Assembly (NCBI GenBank): GCA_963756875.1
Contig: CAVWPA010000003.1
Coordinates: 1,440,001-1,504,000 of the forward strand
Reading direction: 5' to 3'
DNA length: 64,000 nt
Origin: an uncultured Verrucomicrobiae bacterium
Lineage (GTDB): Bacteria; Verrucomicrobiota; Verrucomicrobiia; Chthoniobacterales; UBA10450
The notes beneath the pieces are model-generated. The model ran no database searches. It saw only the letters and a list, made by a program, of their open reading frames with translations, and was not told where the DNA came from. The position numbers and the translations under genes were made by a program. Position 1 is the first letter of the stretch, and each line of letters starts with the position of its first letter. This document shows positions 60,067 through 64,000 of the stretch, in pieces.

Positions 60067-61607
60067 ACGGCGACCCCGACAATACTCAAGAACAGGCCGA
60101 TACTCCTGTCCCGGGAAATCCCGCGGCTTCTCCCGCTGGACTTGTTCGCGCACTCGGACCCATCGACGCAACCATGATCGTTATGGGTTCAATGATCGGT
60201 TCGGGCATTTTTATCACCTCGGCGGAATCATCGCGATTGAGCGGCGCGCCGGGTTGGTTGGTGCTGGCGTGGGCGGTCGCCGGTTTGATGACGATTACGG
60301 GCGCGCTTTGTTGCTCGGAGCTCGCCACCATGATGCCGCGCGCCGGTGGCGTCTATGTCTTCCTGCGCGAAGCCTACGGTCATTCGCTCGGATTCTTATA
60401 CGGCTGGACATTGTTCCTGGTCATTCAAACCGGGACCATCGCCGCCGTGGCCATCGCTTTTGCAAAATTTCTCGGCGTCTTCTTTCCCGCCGTCGCGTCG
60501 GACCATTACTTGATTGCGCCGATCTCTCTTGGCGATTACGCCCTTAGTTTATCGACGGAACAACTGGTCGCGATCGCGCTGATTGCGCTTTTGACCTGGA
60601 CAAACACACGCGGCCTGGAAGTCGGAAAACTGGTGCAAAACACATTCACCTTTGCCAAGACAGCTGCTCTCGCAGGCGTGGTGGTTGTCGGCCTGTGGTT
60701 AGGCTGGCATGCCAACAGCGCGGCGCGCTCCGCCGCCTGGTGGGATTCCTGGGCGAACGGCTGGACCCCGCAGATTGCGCAGCCAGGTTTCACACTCGCC
60801 GGCGGCCTCGCGCTTCTGTTGCTGTTCGGCAAATCGATGGTAGGCCCCCTGTTTGCGCAGACCGCCTGGAACAATGTCACTTTTATCGGGAGCGAAGTCC
60901 GCAATCCCGGGAAAAATCTTGCCCGTGCGTTGCTCTGGGGCTGCGCCATCGTTGTGCTCCTTTATCTGCTCGCCAACATGGCGTACATCGCGCTTCTTTC
61001 GTTCCCCGGGATCCAGCACGCGCCGCAGGATCGGGTCGCAGTCGCGGCAATGAGGAATGCATTTGGCAACCTCGGGGCGATGTGCATGGCGGCCGCGATC
61101 ATGGTTTCTACCTTCGGCTGCGATAACGGTCTGATTCTCTCCGGGGCCCGCGTCTATTTTGCCATGGCGCGCGATCGCCTGTTTTTCAAAAAGGTTGGCA
61201 CGACCAATCGTTATCACGTTCCGGCGGCCGCGCTCCTCGCGCAGGGAGTCTGGACTGTGTTCCTGACGTTGCCGCGAACAGTCACCACCGATGCTGCAAC
61301 GCACCGGATCGCTTACGGCAACGTTTACACGCAACTACTTGAGTATATCGTTTCCGCCGATTTGGTTTTTTATCTTCTGATGGTTGCGGCGGTTATCATT
61401 TTGCGGCGAAAGACGCCTGCTGCCGACCGGCCATATCGCACCTGGGGTTATCCCTTCGTGCCCATCATCTCAATCCTGCTCGCCAGCCTGCTCATTCTCG
61501 ATCTTGCCTGGCTTGCGCCGACCACTTCCGGGATCGGCATTGCCATCGTGCTCACCGGCCTCCCCGTCTATTTTATATGGACGAGACGGAGTAGCCCGGC
61601 GGTTTAA
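60063..61607 (+). CDS. APC-family amino acid permease
   Basis: GSMIGSGIF, ELATMMPRAGG.YVFL, FLYGW, EVRNP.KNL, ARVYFAMARD, RPYRTWGYP; ATGA overlap with pxpA. Confidence 0.92.
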   Translation: MNGDPDNTQEQADTPVPGNPAASPAGLVRALGPIDATMIVMGSMIGSGIFITSAESSRLSGAPGWLVLAWAVAGLMTITGALCCSELATMMPRAGGVYVFLREAYGHSLGFLYGWTLFLVIQTGTIAAVAIAFAKFLGVFFPAVASDHYLIAPISLGDYALSLSTEQLVAIALIALLTWTNTRGLEVGKLVQNTFTFAKTAALAGVVVVGLWLGWHANSAARSAAWWDSWANGWTPQIAQPGFTLAGGLALLLLFGKSMVGPLFAQTAWNNVTFIGSEVRNPGKNLARALLWGCAIVVLLYLLANMAYIALLSFPGIQHAPQDRVAVAAMRNAFGNLGAMCMAAAIMVSTFGCDNGLILSGARVYFAMARDRLFFKKVGTTNRYHVPAAALLAQGVWTVFLTLPRTVTTDAATHRIAYGNVYTQLLEYIVSADLVFYLLMVAAVIILRRKTPAADRPYRTWGYPFVPIISILLASLLILDLAWLAPTTSGIGIAIVLTGLPVYFIWTRRSSPAV

Positions 61608-61623
61608 CGAGCGGGACCGCCGG

Positions 61624-62709
61624 TCAACGCTTGCGCCCTCTGGCTTCGACCTGGGTGAATTTGCCGCCGAAGCGGTTTGCCAGAGTCTGAAGCATCTGGC
61701 GCTCGTCCGCTTTATCTGCTCCGGTGACATAATAGATAGTGTGAATTTTCGCCGGCCTTCTCAGGGTCTTTTCTCCATCTTCGACCACTTTATAGATGTC
61801 TTCGGGAGTAATTTTTCTTCCTGGTTGAATGCTCGATTCGCCGGTGGCGTTGCCGTCGGTGAGCAGGTAAATCACTCCTCCGTCGGGATGGAGCTTAAAA
61901 GCTTCTTCAAAAGCATAATCGTGGCGTGTTCCTCCCGGTTTGCCGCGTCTTTTCGGCGCCTTGTGGTAATCGAGTTCTTTCTGGATGTGCTCAATCGCGG
62001 CCTTCTTGTTTTCCTCCGTGGCTGGCACCAGCTCCGGCTTCCATGCGTAAGCGCCGCCGGAAAAACGAACAATCCCGAAAGATACGGCCGGTGTCAGGCC
62101 TTTGATCAGTTCGATCGCCTCGTCGCGTACCGCCTGGAAACTCTGCTCCTTGCCGTGCTTGACCAGCTTGCGTGACTTGTAATCCGCGTCGCCGGTGCGG
62201 CCGAACATTGAGTCGGAGACGTCTACGATGATCACAACATTGCTGCTGACATCGCGAATACCGAAAAAATTGATTTGCGCGCCACTGCCCGTGCCGCCGG
62301 CTGACGCCATGGATGGCACGCCGGCCAGAAACCCGCGGCTTTGCCCCGCCCCGCTCATGAGTGGTGGCGGTGACGCAGAGTCGGCCGGAAGACTCGGTAA
62401 CGCCGGCAACTGGATCCTGGCGGCTCCGGTTGTGAGCACGCGCTTCGGGACGGCTGGCGGCGCGCTTGTGGTCCGCAATCTTTGTTGGATCTGCACCCGA
62501 TGCTGGAGCGCGCGTTCTGCCGGATTAGGCGACTTTGGTCCCGCGGCGAACGTAAGTTTGTGCCCGGCGACATATCTCGAGACCACGAAAAACGTCGCCC
62601 CAATGGCGAACAGCAGGTGAACTCCAATGCTGATTACCAGCACGCGCCGGCTTAATCTCTTCTGCGGTTTGGATATGCGTGTCGGTGGAGATTCGGTTTC
62701 GACAGCCAC
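61624..62709 (-). CDS. Membrane-anchored von Willebrand factor A domain protein
   Basis: N-terminal TM (ISIGVHLLFAIG), Pro-rich linker, MIDAS DVSDSM, GGT, YLLTDG. Confidence 0.8.
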   Translation of the reverse strand: MAVETESPPTRISKPQKRLSRRVLVISIGVHLLFAIGATFFVVSRYVAGHKLTFAAGPKSPNPAERALQHRVQIQQRLRTTSAPPAVPKRVLTTGAARIQLPALPSLPADSASPPPLMSGAGQSRGFLAGVPSMASAGGTGSGAQINFFGIRDVSSNVVIIVDVSDSMFGRTGDADYKSRKLVKHGKEQSFQAVRDEAIELIKGLTPAVSFGIVRFSGGAYAWKPELVPATEENKKAAIEHIQKELDYHKAPKRRGKPGGTRHDYAFEEAFKLHPDGGVIYLLTDGNATGESSIQPGRKITPEDIYKVVEDGEKTLRRPAKIHTIYYVTGADKADERQMLQTLANRFGGKFTQVEARGRKR

Positions 62710-62828
62710 CCGCTAATTTAGGCGCATAATCGGATTTTTCGCGAGAACACAATCGCGGTGGCCTGCGTCCATGCGCGCACAGCGCGAGTGCCCTTCAGGG
62801 AGAACGATGAATGGGAGCGGCTGCGTGG

Positions 62829-63485
62829 TCAGGCCTGCGGCGCTTTTGACGCCACGCGCTTGAGGCGGTAACCGTCTGCTCTCGCACCATAGCCCGCCGA
62901 ATATTCGACAAGCCCGACGTTTTTTCTCCAGACAATCCGTTTGAAGTGGCCGGAAGGATGGTTGGTTTCGTAGATACAAAGATCGCGTTTTAACGTGATG
63001 GTCGTTTTCCATAGCCCATCTTGCACACTCAGACCGCCGCGCGTGATTCCGTAAATCTCTCCTTTGTTGAATGAAGGCGCTTTATCCAGTGCCGAAATGT
63101 GCTGAATCGCCTTGTCTATGTCCTCTTCATTCAACAAAACGATGAGATCATCTGTGACCACGAAATACTCAGTCGAGATTTCCCGGGGTTGCGGCGCGCG
63201 CGATTTGATGTCGGCAAATTCGATTTTGTAAATTCCGCCCCACGGCATTCTGGCAACGCGTGTCGTCACCACGCGCGCCGTAAACGGAATTTCTTCCTCC
63301 GAGATGCTGTCTCCCCATTCTACGCCGTGAAACTCCGCCGATACCGGCTTGTCGTCAGGGGCGTCCAGAAAAGGATTGGCAGCCTGGGCCACGGCCGTCA
63401 GTAGAATCGATACCGAAAAAGCCCCAAGCCGTGTGCGACGCATCAAGAGAAATCGTAGCCAGCTATGGATTGACAATGCACGCAC
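62829..63485 (-). CDS. Hypothetical secreted protein
   Basis: Signal-peptide-like AFSVSILLTAVAQA; beta-rich body ending W.KNVGLVEY. Start uncertain. Confidence 0.6.
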   Translation of the reverse strand: MRALSIHSWLRFLLMRRTRLGAFSVSILLTAVAQAANPFLDAPDDKPVSAEFHGVEWGDSISEEEIPFTARVVTTRVARMPWGGIYKIEFADIKSRAPQPREISTEYFVVTDDLIVLLNEEDIDKAIQHISALDKAPSFNKGEIYGITRGGLSVQDGLWKTTITLKRDLCIYETNHPSGHFKRIVWRKNVGLVEYSAGYGARADGYRLKRVASKAPQA

Positions 63486-63582
63486 GAATTTTCAATCTGG
63501 GAATCACGAAAAACCCTCCTTTCGATTCCGAGAATCATTGACTTTCGCTTGGGGAACCGATCAGCATCGCGTCGTGAATAGG

Positions 63583-64000
63583 ATGTTTGCGGTCTCGTTT
63601 GCCGCCCTCGCCCTGCTCCTTCTTTGCAGCCGAGGTTCCGCGCAGGATACGTTTCCTGGAGGGATTGTTTACGGGCCGAAAGCGGCGTTCAAGGTGGACG
63701 CGCCCCAAGGGTGGGTCCTGGACAACACCGCCGGCGCCGAGCAAGGGTTGCCCTGCGTTCTTTATCCCAAGGGGTCGTCATGGGCCGATGCGGCGACGAT
63801 TATGTACGCAAAGATCGCAGGCACACAGTTCGAAGACGTCGAACAATTCGTCGCCATGGCAATCAAAGAAATGAAAAAGACCCATGGGACGCCAAAACAA
63901 AAGATCGCATCCGGAAAAACGGCTGACGGCAAGCCGTACTTCATCAACGAATATCCGGCGACGAAATCGTATTCACAGTGGGAGCGCGTCGCTTACGTAC
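63583..64000 (+). CDS. Hypothetical secreted protein (runs off the window)
   Basis: Hand translation MFAVSFAALALLLLCSRGSAQDTFPGGIVYGPKAAFKVDAPQGWVLDN... stays open to the end. Confidence 0.7.
   Translation, partial: MFAVSFAALALLLLCSRGSAQDTFPGGIVYGPKAAFKVDAPQGWVLDNTAGAEQGLPCVLYPKGSSWADAATIMYAKIAGTQFEDVEQFVAMAIKEMKKTHGTPKQKIASGKTADGKPYFINEYPATKSYSQWERVAYV

Noticed and set aside
57593..61607. Novel catabolic operon
   Set aside because: It matches the established pxpB-pxpC-pxpA 5-oxoprolinase plus an amino acid permease; ordinary.

Overview
GC-rich bacterial chromosomal segment. It is most consistent with a Verrucomicrobiota (Chthoniobacterales/Spartobacteria-like) genome; this is inferred from the PEP-CTERM protein, autotransporter-type repeats and the style of the intergenic repeats, and is not proven. 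Housekeeping flanks (serS, bamD-lptE, tRNA-Leu; ubiE, a Gld-like ABC operon, an HtrA-family protease, sucA-sucB-lpdA, recO, yceI, pxpBCA) surround two accessory blocks. Block 1 is a ~28 kb island starting just after tRNA-Leu (about 6.9-35 kb). It is made almost entirely of PAS histidine kinases, receiver proteins and two NarL-type regulators. It also holds an orphan PilT/PilU ATPase translationally coupled to an 8-PAS kinase, and it ends in a DUF3494 ice-binding-like PEP-CTERM surface protein bracketed by ~410 bp direct repeats. A bipartite promoter module (paired 6-3-6 boxes plus a sigma54-like TG/GG-N10-GC element) recurs seven times across the island, which suggests one co-regulated circuit. 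Block 2 is a tandem array of four Omp25/RopB-like beta-barrel genes with conserved frameworks, three hypervariable loops and a promoter each. REP-like palindromes are inserted in frame in sucA, sucB and lpdA. Several +1 frameshifts, including one in lpdA, look like sequencing or assembly errors.
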